Source of the DNA: Dehalococcoidia bacterium | GTDB taxonomy: Bacteria > Chloroflexota > Dehalococcoidia > Lucifugimonadales > VXLM01 | Assembly (NCBI GenBank): GCA_963667105.2 | Contig: OY763089.1 | Coordinates: forward strand, 1,306,362 to 1,370,361 | Length of the DNA: 64,000 nucleotides | Direction of reading: 5' to 3' | Shown: positions 37,625 to 46,965 of the stretch, piece after piece | How the letters are laid out: each line of letters opens with the position of its first letter | How positions within the stretch are numbered: the first letter of the stretch is position 1 | Notes under the pieces: generated by a model | Told to the model about the DNA's origin: nothing | Seen by the model: the letters and a program-made list of their open reading frames with translations, nothing else | Databases searched by the model: none | Translations under genes and position numbers: made by a program

Positions 37625-38715
37625 GACGCGTTCCGTTCGAGTCTCGGTATCTCCAGTTCGGCGGCGAGGTGGTCGAAGTATTCTACGACTTCGCGGTGGA
37701 GGGGGATGCCGTTGGCGCGGCGGTCCTGCTCGTGTTCGTGCTCGGAGAGGCCGGCGTAGAAGACGCGGTCGTGGCCGGGGGCGGGTTCGGCCTCGCGGAG
37801 GGCCTTGAGGACGCCGTCCATGTTGTCCTTGAACTGGTCGAGGTCGGTGAAGGCCGCGATGTCGAAGGCGGCGAAGACGTGCTCGCCTTTTATTCGTCCC
37901 GTGAGCATGGTCGGACGCTCGCCGGGCATGAGGGTACTCATGATCATGACCATCATGGCGATGCCGTATGCCTTGTGGGAGCCTAGCTCGCGAGTTCCAG
38001 CGAAGGGGAGCATGGGCGGGTCGTCGGAGTCGGGCGGGTCGATCTCGCGCATGGTGGGGGTGCCGTCGTCTTCCGCGAGCCATCCGGGCAGGAGCTTGAC
38101 GCCCATGCGCTGGGCGAGCCTGATCTTGTTCTGGGCGACGCCCGTCATGGCGGCGTCGAAGACGAAGGGGGCCTCGTTGCGGGCGGGAGCGGCGAATCCT
38201 ATGGGGTTAGTGCCGAGCATTCCCTTGGAGGCGAAGGTGGGGACCATGCGCGACCCGCCGGTGGTCATGACGAGTCCGAGCATGTCCTGGCGTGCTGCCG
38301 TCATGGCGTGGACGCCGAGTGCGCCGGAGTGTCCGGCATTGATGAGAGAGACGTAGCCTACGCCGACGTTCTTGGCCTTCTCAACGGCGAGGTTCATGGC
38401 GGTGCGTCCGAGGATGATGGCGAGTCCCTGGTCGGCGTCGATGACGGCGGTTGCGGGGGTCTCTCGAAGGATGCGCCACTGGGGGTCGGCCTTGATGCGT
38501 CCGTCGCCGTAGCGCTCGACGTAGACCTTGACCATGTTGGAGACGCCGTGGCTCTCGACGCCCCAGAGGTCGGCGGTGACGAGCGTCTCGACGGCGGCAT
38601 CGACGTTGCCGGGCGGCTCTCCCATCTTGGCGAAGATGGCGGAGAGGGTGCGTTCGAGGGACTCGTGGGGGATGCGGATCTGGTCCTGGGCGGGTACTTT
38701 GAAGCGTTCGAGCAT
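37621..38715 (-). CDS. Ldh2-family malate/L-lactate/ureidoglycolate (or pyrroline/piperideine-2-carboxylate) dehydrogenase
   Basis: ESHGVSNM, GHSGALG, LGTNPIGFAAP and FDAAMTGVAQNKI are typical of Ldh_2. Confidence 0.85.
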   Translation of the reverse strand: MLERFKVPAQDQIRIPHESLERTLSAIFAKMGEPPGNVDAAVETLVTADLWGVESHGVSNMVKVYVERYGDGRIKADPQWRILRETPATAVIDADQGLAIILGRTAMNLAVEKAKNVGVGYVSLINAGHSGALGVHAMTAARQDMLGLVMTTGGSRMVPTFASKGMLGTNPIGFAAPARNEAPFVFDAAMTGVAQNKIRLAQRMGVKLLPGWLAEDDGTPTMREIDPPDSDDPPMLPFAGTRELGSHKAYGIAMMVMIMSTLMPGERPTMLTGRIKGEHVFAAFDIAAFTDLDQFKDNMDGVLKALREAEPAPGHDRVFYAGLSEHEHEQDRRANGIPLHREVVEYFDHLAAELEIPRLERNAS

Positions 38716-38813
38716 TTTTTGTGTTTTTTGTATAGGGGGTTGAGTTTGGAGGGTGGGATTATACAGGATGCGGGGGAAGGGGCTGCGCGGTCAGAGGGAG
38801 TCGCGAGGGAAGG

Positions 38814-39989
38814 TTATCCCCTGTTGCCGCCGTAGGTCGAACGAAGGGGGTCTCCCTCGGAGAAGCGTCCGGCGCGCAAGGGCGTGATGTCCACGGTGGG
38901 CGCCGCGCCTGTGGCGATCATCTCGGCGAGGCACTGGCCGATGGCGGGGGCCAGCTTGAAGGAGTGGCCGCTGCCACCGACGGCGAGATACATGCCGTCC
39001 ACGCCGGGCGCACGGTCGACGATCATGCTCCAGTCGGGGGTGATGGTGTAGAGGCCCGACCAGCTTGCGATGACCTCGGCGTCGGCGAGGTGCGGCATCC
39101 TGTGGGCGAGCCGAGCGCCCGCGTCCTCGATGAAGTCAGGATCGGCTCGGTGGTCGTAGTCGTCCGGGGAGACCGGCTCGTTCTCCTTCGGGTGGCCGAC
39201 ACCGATGAGGACGGTACCGGGTTGCTTCGTGGGACGGAAGTATATGCGCTCGACCATGTTGGAAACGGCGCGTTGGGGCGCGGAAGCGCCCGGCGGAACT
39301 TGGAGCATCATCTCCTGCTCGCGGGAGATCTCCAGCGGTAGGTCGAGGCCCGCCATTTGGCCGACGGGTCTCGCCCAAGGTCCCGCGGCGTTGACCACAA
39401 TCGGGCCGTCTATCTCGCCGTTCGGCGTCCGGACGCCCGCGACCTTGTCACCCGACATCTTGATGTCGGTCACGGGGGTGTTGAGGTAGACGTTAGCGCC
39501 CGCGTCACGCGCGCGGTCGGCGAATCCCTGGCACAGAAGGTGAGGGTCGGCGAATCCCCCGTCCGACTCGTAGGCCACGCGGCCGATGCCGTCGGGGTTG
39601 AGGCCCGGCAGGTGTTCCCTAGCGGCCTCCTCAACCGAAACCTCCCACGTGCGGACGCCGAGTCGTTGCAACTGGGCCATGTTCTCGACGAATGACGACT
39701 CCGCTTCCGGCGGAACGAGGAAGCACCAGCCGCACTGCGTGAATACTTCCATGTCCATCTCATCCGGGAAGCTCAGCATTATCTCGATGCTGCGCTTGAC
39801 GAGGCGGATGCTGACCTCGTTGGAGTAGTGCTGCCTGACGATGGCGGCGGAGTCCCCGGTGGAGCCGGACGCCAGGCTCCCCTTGTCCAGCAGGGCAACG
39901 TCGGTTATGCCGAGCTTGGTCAGGTGGTAGAGGGCGCTGGTCCCGACGGCGCCGCCGCCGATGATTATTGCGTCAGCCGTTGTTTTCAA
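38814..39989 (-). CDS. FAD-dependent oxidoreductase (DAO family; sarcosine / D-amino-acid oxidase-like)
   Basis: N-terminal ADAIIIGGGAVGTSALYHL..LLDKG, and a DAO-type C-terminus AVGGSGHSFKLAPAIG. Confidence 0.85.
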   Translation of the reverse strand: MKTTADAIIIGGGAVGTSALYHLTKLGITDVALLDKGSLASGSTGDSAAIVRQHYSNEVSIRLVKRSIEIMLSFPDEMDMEVFTQCGWCFLVPPEAESSFVENMAQLQRLGVRTWEVSVEEAAREHLPGLNPDGIGRVAYESDGGFADPHLLCQGFADRARDAGANVYLNTPVTDIKMSGDKVAGVRTPNGEIDGPIVVNAAGPWARPVGQMAGLDLPLEISREQEMMLQVPPGASAPQRAVSNMVERIYFRPTKQPGTVLIGVGHPKENEPVSPDDYDHRADPDFIEDAGARLAHRMPHLADAEVIASWSGLYTITPDWSMIVDRAPGVDGMYLAVGGSGHSFKLAPAIGQCLAEMIATGAAPTVDITPLRAGRFSEGDPLRSTYGGNRG

Positions 39990-40758
39990 ATAATTCCCTT
40001 CCCATGAACGCGCGGAGGGTGCGCATGTCGGACTTGGGCGGTTTCTCGAACCATCCTCGGCGAGAGACCGTGGGCACTCCGGCGGCGCGCATATCAGCCA
40101 TCATCTCGGCCATCTTAAAGCCCGTCACCATGCCGTCGAGGACCGGCGCGCCGATGACCGCCTCGGCGTCGGGGAGATCGTGGGTGAGCACAGAGCCCGC
40201 TAGAGTACAGCCGGGTATGACCACCTCCGCCCCGTCCTCGTCGACGCAGGCTTTCGCCGCAGACACGACGGCCTCGATGACCTCGCCCGGCGGGGTCCTG
40301 TCGGGATAGAGGTCGTTCGCGTCGATGTCGAACGGGCGCTGGGAGGCGAAGTGCTCGTGCAGGCCGTACGTCCGCACGAGCGACTCCTGAATCTTGCCGT
40401 TCTGGTAGTCCACCGTCACGAGGGAGTACGTCGCGCCCATCATGTGGGCGACCAGCGCCGCCGACTCCAGCGTCGCAGTCACGGGGATGTCTACGAGTTG
40501 CCGCGCCTCGTACAGGCCGATGTCAAGGTTGCACGAGATGAACACCGCGTCGTAGCCCTGCTTCTCGGCGCGCATGACCGTTTCGAGCGTCCCGTCGGTG
40601 CACATATAGCGGAAGTACAGCCACTGGTTGTTGCGGAGGGGGTACATGTCGCCGATGTCCACGACGTCGAACTCCGTATCCGGCCGCGCGATCCGCGCAA
40701 GGTTGTCCCGACCGTAGAACTCGGTGTCGCCGAAGGGATTCACAACGAGGATTTTCAT
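39973..40758 (-). CDS. Asp/Glu/hydantoin racemase-family protein
   Basis: MKILVVNPFG.., the segments FISCNLD and VIPGCTLAG (two catalytic-Cys regions) fit the family. ATG 40758 follows GGAGG. The 3' end overlaps the next gene by 17 nt. Confidence 0.75.
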   Translation of the reverse strand: MKILVVNPFGDTEFYGRDNLARIARPDTEFDVVDIGDMYPLRNNQWLYFRYMCTDGTLETVMRAEKQGYDAVFISCNLDIGLYEARQLVDIPVTATLESAALVAHMMGATYSLVTVDYQNGKIQESLVRTYGLHEHFASQRPFDIDANDLYPDRTPPGEVIEAVVSAAKACVDEDGAEVVIPGCTLAGSVLTHDLPDAEAVIGAPVLDGMVTGFKMAEMMADMRAAGVPTVSRRGWFEKPPKSDMRTLRAFMGRELFENNG

Positions 40759-40936
40759 TGGGACGGCCTCCGCCTGAGCGCCTACACCATGCCACACTCG
40801 CCAACGGGTGTCTACGGTGTTGGAAGGACTGGGAACGCATCGTATACACTCTTGAGAACGGGATTCAGGGGTTGTCACGGCATCGCCTCCGGTTTTCTCG
40901 ATTGACGTTCGCGCGCCCTTGTACGACCATAGAGCT

Positions 40937-41143
40937 ATGAACGGACGAGAATTCGTGAGACGCGCGCGTCGCTACGGGAGAAGACACAAGTTGGCATTCC
41001 GATTCGATACGACAAGCGGCAAGGGCAGTCACGGACGTCTCCACCTTGGAGGCCGACTCACCACGGTTCCCTACGGTGAGATCGGGCCCGGGCTGTTTGC
41101 GTCGATGCTCAAAGACCTCGACATCGACAGAAAGGGATTTTGA
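40937..41143 (+). CDS. hicA: HicA-family toxin
   Basis: MNGREFVRRARRYG...SGKGSHGRLHLGGRLTTVPYGEIGPGLFASMLKDLDI matches the HicA/YcfA pattern. Confidence 0.8.
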   Translation: MNGREFVRRARRYGRRHKLAFRFDTTSGKGSHGRLHLGGRLTTVPYGEIGPGLFASMLKDLDIDRKGF

Positions 41144-41146
41144 CCG

Positions 41147-41575
41147 ATGCGATACGCTTATCCGTGCATCCTCCACCCGGAAGAGCCTTCAGGGTTCTAC
41201 GTGACCTTCCCCGATGTTCCGGGAGCTCTCACGAGCGGAAGAGACCGCGACGAGGCCCTCGAAATGGCGAAGGACGCCCTCGCCGTCGCCCTCGCGGGCT
41301 ACGTCCTGGAGCAATGGGACATCCCCGTTCCGAGTCCCGTTGCGGAAGGGCAGGAACTCGTCCCCGTGCCGCCCGTCATTGCGGCCAAGCTCGCGCTGTA
41401 TACGGCGATGCGGAGCCAGCGCGTCACGAACGCCGCGCTCAGCAAGCGCCTCGGCGTCAGCGAAACCTCGGTTCGAAGGCTCGTCAACCCCAACCACCTC
41501 TCCCAGATCGGCAAGGTCGAAAAGGCCCTCGAAGTCGTGGGCCGCGCCCTGGTAATCGAAGACAGCGCAGCGTAG
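41147..41575 (+). CDS. hicB: HicB-family antitoxin with C-terminal HTH
   Basis: YPCILHPEEPSGFYVTFPDVPGALTSGRDRDEALEMAKDAL is the HicB fold. The C-terminal XRE-like HTH is NAALSKRLGVSETSVRRL. Confidence 0.8.
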   Translation: MRYAYPCILHPEEPSGFYVTFPDVPGALTSGRDRDEALEMAKDALAVALAGYVLEQWDIPVPSPVAEGQELVPVPPVIAAKLALYTAMRSQRVTNAALSKRLGVSETSVRRLVNPNHLSQIGKVEKALEVVGRALVIEDSAA

Positions 41576-41688
41576 GACGCTCCCCCACTCTTCGTTTCCC
41601 CCACTCTACCGAACGGCTCGTTCCGTCCATGAGTCGTTCAAACTCGCTTCATTTGTTGACACTTCCCCCTAATACGGTGAAAATGCCA

Positions 41689-41798
41689 CTTGGCACAGCA
41701 GTATTGATCATTCCGCGCGGAGCCGGAATTCCGGCATCGGGTGGGGGCCTTTGCGCCCCCTTGCCGGCTCCCGCGGATGAAGGAACTGCTGTGCCAGG
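41689..41798 (+). promoter_or_regulatory. About 110-nt highly structured 5' leader element (function unknown)
   Basis: The outer stem of 14 bp pairs 41689..41702 with 41785..41798 (12 perfect pairs TGGCACAGCAGT/ACTGCTGTGCCA, then a G-U pair and a C-G pair). The middle stem pairs CCGCG(c)GGAGCCGG at 41713..41726 with CCGGCTCCCGCGG at 41764..41776. The apical stem is GGGGGC at 41743..41748 with GCCCCC at 41755..41760. The element lies between a TTGACA/GAAAAT promoter-like pair and the TPR gene SD. Confidence 0.4.
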
Positions 41799-41833
41799 TA
41801 GTCACCTATCCTTTGCCGCAAGGGGGGTTCCAA

Positions 41834-43542
41834 TGAGCCGGGGAGTCATTGCCGCAACCGTCATCACGCTGCTTATACTGGCTGCCATCGGATGCAGTGA
41901 CGATGCAGCCGAACCTGCTGAACTCCAGCCTTCGCCCGATTCCAGTCCGTCAGACTCACCCGACACGAGCGTACCGAAGTCTGCCGCCACGAATACGCCA
42001 CCGGACACTCCCACGGTCAACATCCAATTCGTCGGTGACGGCGACTCCTCCGACGAGGGTGGGGCTACTCCCACGATGTCGCCCGTTCCAACCAAGACCC
42101 CCACTCAGGAAGATAGCGGAGAGCACGGCACACCAGGACCGACTGGATTGCAAAGTGTGGAGGACGTTACAGTTCCCCCACCCGGGAGCGACCCAAGCGA
42201 GTACAGGAGGGCAATCGAAAAACTCGATAGGGTGATTGATCTTGACCCCAATAACGCTTCTGCATACAACAGCAGAGGCGATTCCTACCTTGCGCTTGGT
42301 GAATACCGTAGGGCAATAGCAAACTACAGTAGGGTCATCGAGCTTGACGCAGACCTCGCCTCTGCCTACGGAAACAGGGGGAAAGCCTACTACGAACTAG
42401 GCGATCATGAGCGCGCAATTAAGGACTACGATAAGGCTATTGCGCTTGACCCTCACGTCCACCTCGTCTATTTCAATAGGGCGCTTGTCTACAGTTCTCT
42501 AGGCGGCCATCGCAGGACGATTCAGGATCTCGACAGAGCCATCGCGCTTGACTCTAACAATGCCCACGCCTACGGAAACAGAGGTGACGCCCACCTCTCT
42601 TTGGGCAACTATCGCCAGGCTATTCAAGACTACGATAAAGCCATCGAACTTGATCCCGAGGACTCCCGTTCCCACAGCCACAGGGCGTATGCCCACCTTG
42701 TTCTGAGAGAGTATCGCAGAGCAATTGAGGACTTCGACCGGGCCTTTGAACTCGACCCTCACCTCACCTGGACCTTTACTCTAAACTCCCAGCAAACCTT
42801 TGACATCTCTTATGCCTACGCCGACAGAGCTGAAGAACGCTTCTTGCTCGGAGAGTACCGGAGAACAATTGCGGACTACGGCAGGGCTATTGATTTTGCT
42901 CCCGAAGACGCTCTCCCCTCCTACTACGCCAACAGAGCAGCCGCTTACCTCGAATTGGGCGAGCACTCCCAGGCAATTGAGGACTACGACAGGGCTATCA
43001 TGCTCGACCCTAACCTCGTCCTTGCGTATCTCTACAGGGGTTACGCCTACAGCCTTCTGGGTGACCAGCGCCAGGCAATCGAGGACTTCGATAGGGCGCT
43101 TGAACTCAATCCAGTTCTGGGAGTTGCCTATAGCAGTAGAGGGGATGCGTACTTCAGGCTTGGGGAGGCGCACTATGACCAGGCCTTCGCCGATTATGAC
43201 AGTTTCCTAACGATGTATCCCGACCATACGGTCGCGCTCAACAATCTGTGTTGGTACATGAGTCTAGCGGGTCGAGCGGTCGAGGCGCTGGCCTATTGCG
43301 ATCGGGCCATCAGCATCGACCCAAACTACTTTCAAGCGTACGACAGCCGAGGGCTGGCCCACGCCCTGCAGGGCAACTACGAACAGGCGGTGGAGGACTT
43401 TACAAAATTCCTTGAGTGGTTGAGTACCCAGCCGGCCTACGGCAAGAACGGCCCCACTCGCAAGCTTTGGGTCAGTCGTCTCAGCAAAGGGGAGAATCCC
43501 TTTGACGAGGAGCAACTGAGGGCGCTTAGGAATGAATATTGA
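41834..43542 (+). CDS. TPR-repeat lipoprotein
   Basis: ATG 41834 (MSRGVIAATVITLLILAAIGC; the lipobox motif) follows AAGGGGGG. More than 10 TPR units of the form AYxNRGxAYxxLGxYxxAIxDYDKAIELDP follow. The upstream 230 aa of ORF 41140..43542 are Arg/Pro-rich and overlap hicB, so they are judged spurious. Confidence 0.8.
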
Positions 43543-43587
43543 AAGCACTCAAATACTCACCAACTTTGAAAACGGGGGTGATCTGAA

Positions 43588-45436
43588 TTGAAATTTGCTC
43601 GGCCTGTCGCAGGCTTTGCTGTAGCGGCAACGGCGCTGCTTATGCTGACTGTCACCAGATGCGGCGGCGATACCGCCGAACGTGCTGAACCGCTCCCATC
43701 GCCAAATACCGGCGAATCAGCCTCATCTGATACTGGCACTCCCCACACCCCCGGACAAACCCGTCGTCAACATTCGGTTCATCGGGGCCGCCGACCTCTC
43801 CGACGAGAGCAAGTCTTCACTCGCGGATGTCATCGAAAGCATCCAAGCGAGCGTGGTGCAGATTGTCGTGGGCGGGGGAAGCGGATCGGGTTTCATTATC
43901 AGTGAAGACGGCCTAGTCGTAACCAACGAGCACGTTGTGGATAACGCGCGCAACGTGCGTGTCTGGCTGACCAACGGTCGGGCCTATGAAGCGGACGTGC
44001 TGGAACGAGACGCGACTTCCGATCTTGCGCTGGTCAAGATAGGCGGCAATCAACGGTTTGACGCCATCACGGTTGGAGACCCGAACGGCGTGCGCGTGGG
44101 AGATGAGGTGCTCGCGCTCGGCTTTCCCCTTGCCGACAGGATCGGCAATGACCTGACCGTCACCCGGGGTATCATCTCTTCAAAGAGGACGGAAGCCGGT
44201 GTCGATCTCCTGCAGACCGACGCGGCGATTAACCCCGGCAACAGCGGCGGACCGCTGGTCAACAGTTCGGGCGAGGTGATTGGCGTCAATACGTCCAAGG
44301 TGGAGGTGACTTCCGGCGGCAGGCCCGTGGACAACATCGGCTTTGCCGTTTCCGCCAACGAGCTTGAGCGGCGACTGCCCACGTTGCAGGCACGTGGAGT
44401 GGTCAATCCTGGCACACCGACGGCTACGCCGACGATAACTCCGACTCCAACCATAACGCCCACACCGACGATAACTCCGACTCCGACCATAACACCCACC
44501 CCAACTATCACACCCACACCGACTATTACGCCTACACCTACCTTGACGCCTACGCCCACCCTAACTCCAACACCGACACCCACGTTCACGCCGACACCGA
44601 CGAATACGCCGACGCCAACACCTACTCCCATACCACCCTTCGTGACTGTGAGCAGCGGTGGGGACGGTGTCTGTGGGCTACGCGCAGACGGGACGGCTGT
44701 TTGCAGAGGCAATCTCGCAAAACCACCAGACGTGCGCTTTACATCCATTAGTATCGGGGGGAGTTATCATTACGGCGAACACGCCTGCGGGTTACGTGAG
44801 GACGGCCTGGCCATTTGCTGGAGTTACTACAGTGCGCCTCCTCCAGAAGGTGAGCGATTCACATCGATTAGCAGTGGGAACGTGCACACTTGCGGGCTGC
44901 GGGAGGATGGTGTGGCCATCTGCTGGGACAGTAGATCATCACCGCCGGACTATGAACGCTTTGTAGCCATAAGCAGTGGAAGTGAATTCACTTGTGGGCT
45001 GCGCGATGACGGTTTCGTCCTCTGCTGGGGGAGAGCCCCCCAGCCTCCAAGAGATGAGCGCTTCGTAGCTATAAGCAGCGGCGAGGGTGGGAGCGGGGAA
45101 GCCGCCCATGCCTGCGGGTTGCGTGATGATGGAACCGCCGTCTGCTGGGGTGGCAATAGCTGGGGTCAGTCCTCGCCCCCTGAGCACCAAGTCAATCTCC
45201 GAGATGAACGCTTCACGGAGATAAGCACTGGCGCACATCACACTTGTGGCCTGCGAAATGACGGTACAGCAGTTTGCTGGGGTAGCAATGACAGAGGCCA
45301 GTCCACGCCGCCGGAAGGCGAGCGATTCACATCGATAGCGGCAGGTGGTCGCCACACCTGTGGCCTGCGAGATGATGGTGTTATCCTTTGCTGGGGTGAC
45401 AATAGCGAGGGCCAGTCGCATCCGCCGTTGCGGTGA
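43588..45436 (+). CDS. Lipoprotein: HtrA/DegP-like S1C serine protease domain, TP-rich linker and RCC1-repeat propeller; one frame disruption
   Basis: The signal and lipobox [25 protein letters not shown] are in frame 43588. The frame switches at the C5 run 43748..43752 (one base missing) to ORF 43682..45436. The catalytic triad context is TNEHVV / DLALVKI / GNSGGPL. Seven repeats of the form CGLRxDGxxxCWGxNxxGQxxPP follow. Confidence 0.8.
44414..44637 (+). repeat. 18-nt-period tandem repeat encoding (TPTPTI/L)n linker
   Basis: About 12 units read [18 protein letters not shown] or TPTNTP. Units differ at synonymous positions. Confidence 0.85.
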
Positions 45437-45614
45437 ATTTATGAGTGAGGTAGATTTGTTGTGATGTCGCTATAATCTTGCGACCGGGTTCGATAGATTC
45501 CCATGTGCGCGCATTTGAAGTATTATGGTGCAATCATGACGAATTGGTATTACAAACCCTGCTAAGTACTGCGACTTACCCTGTGCAAGAGTGACATAAA
45601 GGAGAAGACGACCT

Positions 45615-45812
45615 GTGGGTTTCTATGTTAATGTGTGTAGTGCTACAGAGAACGAAGGGAACATGAGCATTATCCATAAGGCTGAATGTCAAATGTCGAA
45701 GGCTTATGCCAGAATCCACAACTGGCCATACTTTGAAAAACAACGACGCGCCACAGAGTACGCGAAGTCCACACCCTGCCCAGCCCGAAGGTGCAAAATC
45801 TGCCTAAAATGA
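45615..45812 (+). CDS. Small Cys-containing hypothetical protein (65 aa) in an AT-rich islet
   Basis: GTG 45615 is preceded by AAAGGAG. The protein reads MGFYVNVCSATENEGNMSIIHKAECQ...CPARRCKIC. The pattern (YVN...H-K-x-x-C ... C-x-x-C at the C-terminus) resembles a widespread class of small uncharacterised proteins, recalled from memory only. Confidence 0.4.
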   Translation: MGFYVNVCSATENEGNMSIIHKAECQMSKAYARIHNWPYFEKQRRATEYAKSTPCPARRCKICLK

Positions 45813-45898
45813 GCTACAGCTTCACTGCGTCGCTCTTCATATTGGCCGCCTGCCCTGACTCGGTTGCGGCGTCACTACAACTAGCATAAGTCCGACCA

Positions 45899-46849
45899 AT
45901 GGACTGCTGCATCCCCAATATAGAGCGCATCGGCGCTGAGGCCCCTGCCCTCTCCGCTATCGGCGCGTCCGCCGCTGCTCCCCAAGCCACTTCCGCCAGC
46001 GACTTCGTGCGGTTGGAAGGCGAGTTCCTGATGGGGACGAGGGCGCCCGTGCGGAACCGGCGGGACGGCGAGGACCCCGTTCGGAGGATCACGGTTAGCC
46101 CGTTCTCGATAGCGACGACGACGGTGACGAACCGGGAGTTCGCGGCGTTCGTGGAGGCAACGGGACACGTGACGGAGGCCGAGCGGTTCGGCTGGTCGTT
46201 CGTGTTCCGGCAGTTCGTGTCGGAGGAGGTCGCGGCGACGGTCGATCAGGCTGTAGCGGCGGTGCCGTGGTGGTGGAAGGTGGACGGCGCGTGGTGGCGG
46301 GAGCCTGAGGGGCCGGGGTCGTCCATCGAAACGCGAGATGACCATCCGGTCGTGCACGTGTCGTGGAACGACGCGGTCGCCTACGCGGAGTGGGCGGGAG
46401 CAAGATTGCCGACGGAGGCGGAGTGGGAGTTCGCGGCGCGTGGCGGCCTGGAGCAGGCGCTCTTCCCCTGGGGCGACGACCTGACACCGGGCGGACGGCA
46501 CATGTGCAACATCTGGCAGGGCGACTTCCCGGACGTCAACACGGTCGAGGACGGACACGCCGGCACTGCGCCGGTGTCGTCGTTCGAGCCGAACGGGTAC
46601 GGGCTGTACAATGTCTCCGGCAACGTCTGGGAGTGGTGCTCCGACTGGTTCAGCCGCAGGCATCACGTCGGAGGGCCGCGCGTCGATCCGAAAGGCCCCG
46701 CCGCCGGGGAGAGCAAGATCGCGAAGGGCGGCTCGTACCTGTGCCACGAGTCCTACTGCAACCGGTACCGTCCTGCCGCGAGAACGGCGTCCACGCCGGA
46801 CAGTTCGGCGGGACACATGGGCTTCCGGCTGGCGATGGACGCGGCGTGA
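45899..46849 (+). CDS. Formylglycine-generating enzyme (FGE/SUMF1 family)
   Basis: HPVVHVSWNDAVAYAEWAG.RLPTEAEWEFAARGG, GNVWEWCSDW, KGGSYLC and GFRL are typical of the family. Confidence 0.88.
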   Translation: MDCCIPNIERIGAEAPALSAIGASAAAPQATSASDFVRLEGEFLMGTRAPVRNRRDGEDPVRRITVSPFSIATTTVTNREFAAFVEATGHVTEAERFGWSFVFRQFVSEEVAATVDQAVAAVPWWWKVDGAWWREPEGPGSSIETRDDHPVVHVSWNDAVAYAEWAGARLPTEAEWEFAARGGLEQALFPWGDDLTPGGRHMCNIWQGDFPDVNTVEDGHAGTAPVSSFEPNGYGLYNVSGNVWEWCSDWFSRRHHVGGPRVDPKGPAAGESKIAKGGSYLCHESYCNRYRPAARTASTPDSSAGHMGFRLAMDAA

Positions 46850-46906
46850 AGTTTCTCACCGCAGAGGGCACAGAGGACGCAGAGAAAAGGAGAATGGGGC
46901 CTTTTG

Positions 46907-46965
46907 CCCTCACCCCAACCCTCTCCCGCGAACGGGAGAGGGGGTTAAGAGAATGACGGGAAATG
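46907..46965. repeat. REP-like hairpin family A copy plus GAATGACGGGAAATG module
   Basis: 46907..46944 matches 31923..31960 with one mismatch. The 15-mer GAATGACGGGAAATG at 46951..46965 recurs at 57470..57484. Confidence 0.75.

Noticed and set aside
37625-38083. First about 150 aa of ORF 36875..38083, which would make a 402-aa protein.
   Set aside because: The stretch is out of frame and overlaps the well-supported Ldh2 gene, with an Arg/Pro/His-rich composition. The protein-like sequence starts only at ATG 37624.
41140-41833. N-terminal 230 aa of the 800-aa ORF 41140..43542.
   Set aside because: The stretch is Arg/Pro-rich and overlaps hicB in another frame. A proper SD plus lipoprotein signal peptide begins at ATG 41834.
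44414-44637. A regular 18-nt periodic repeat, considered as a possible CRISPR-like or VNTR array.
   Set aside because: It lies inside a coding frame, has no spacers, and encodes a Thr-Pro linker. It is not a CRISPR array.
45899-46849. A functional link between the FGE gene and the sulfatase-family gene at 1546..2936.
   Set aside because: The two genes are 43 kb apart. The sulfatase-family protein appears to carry Thr rather than Cys or Ser at the FGly position, so no pairing is supported within this window.
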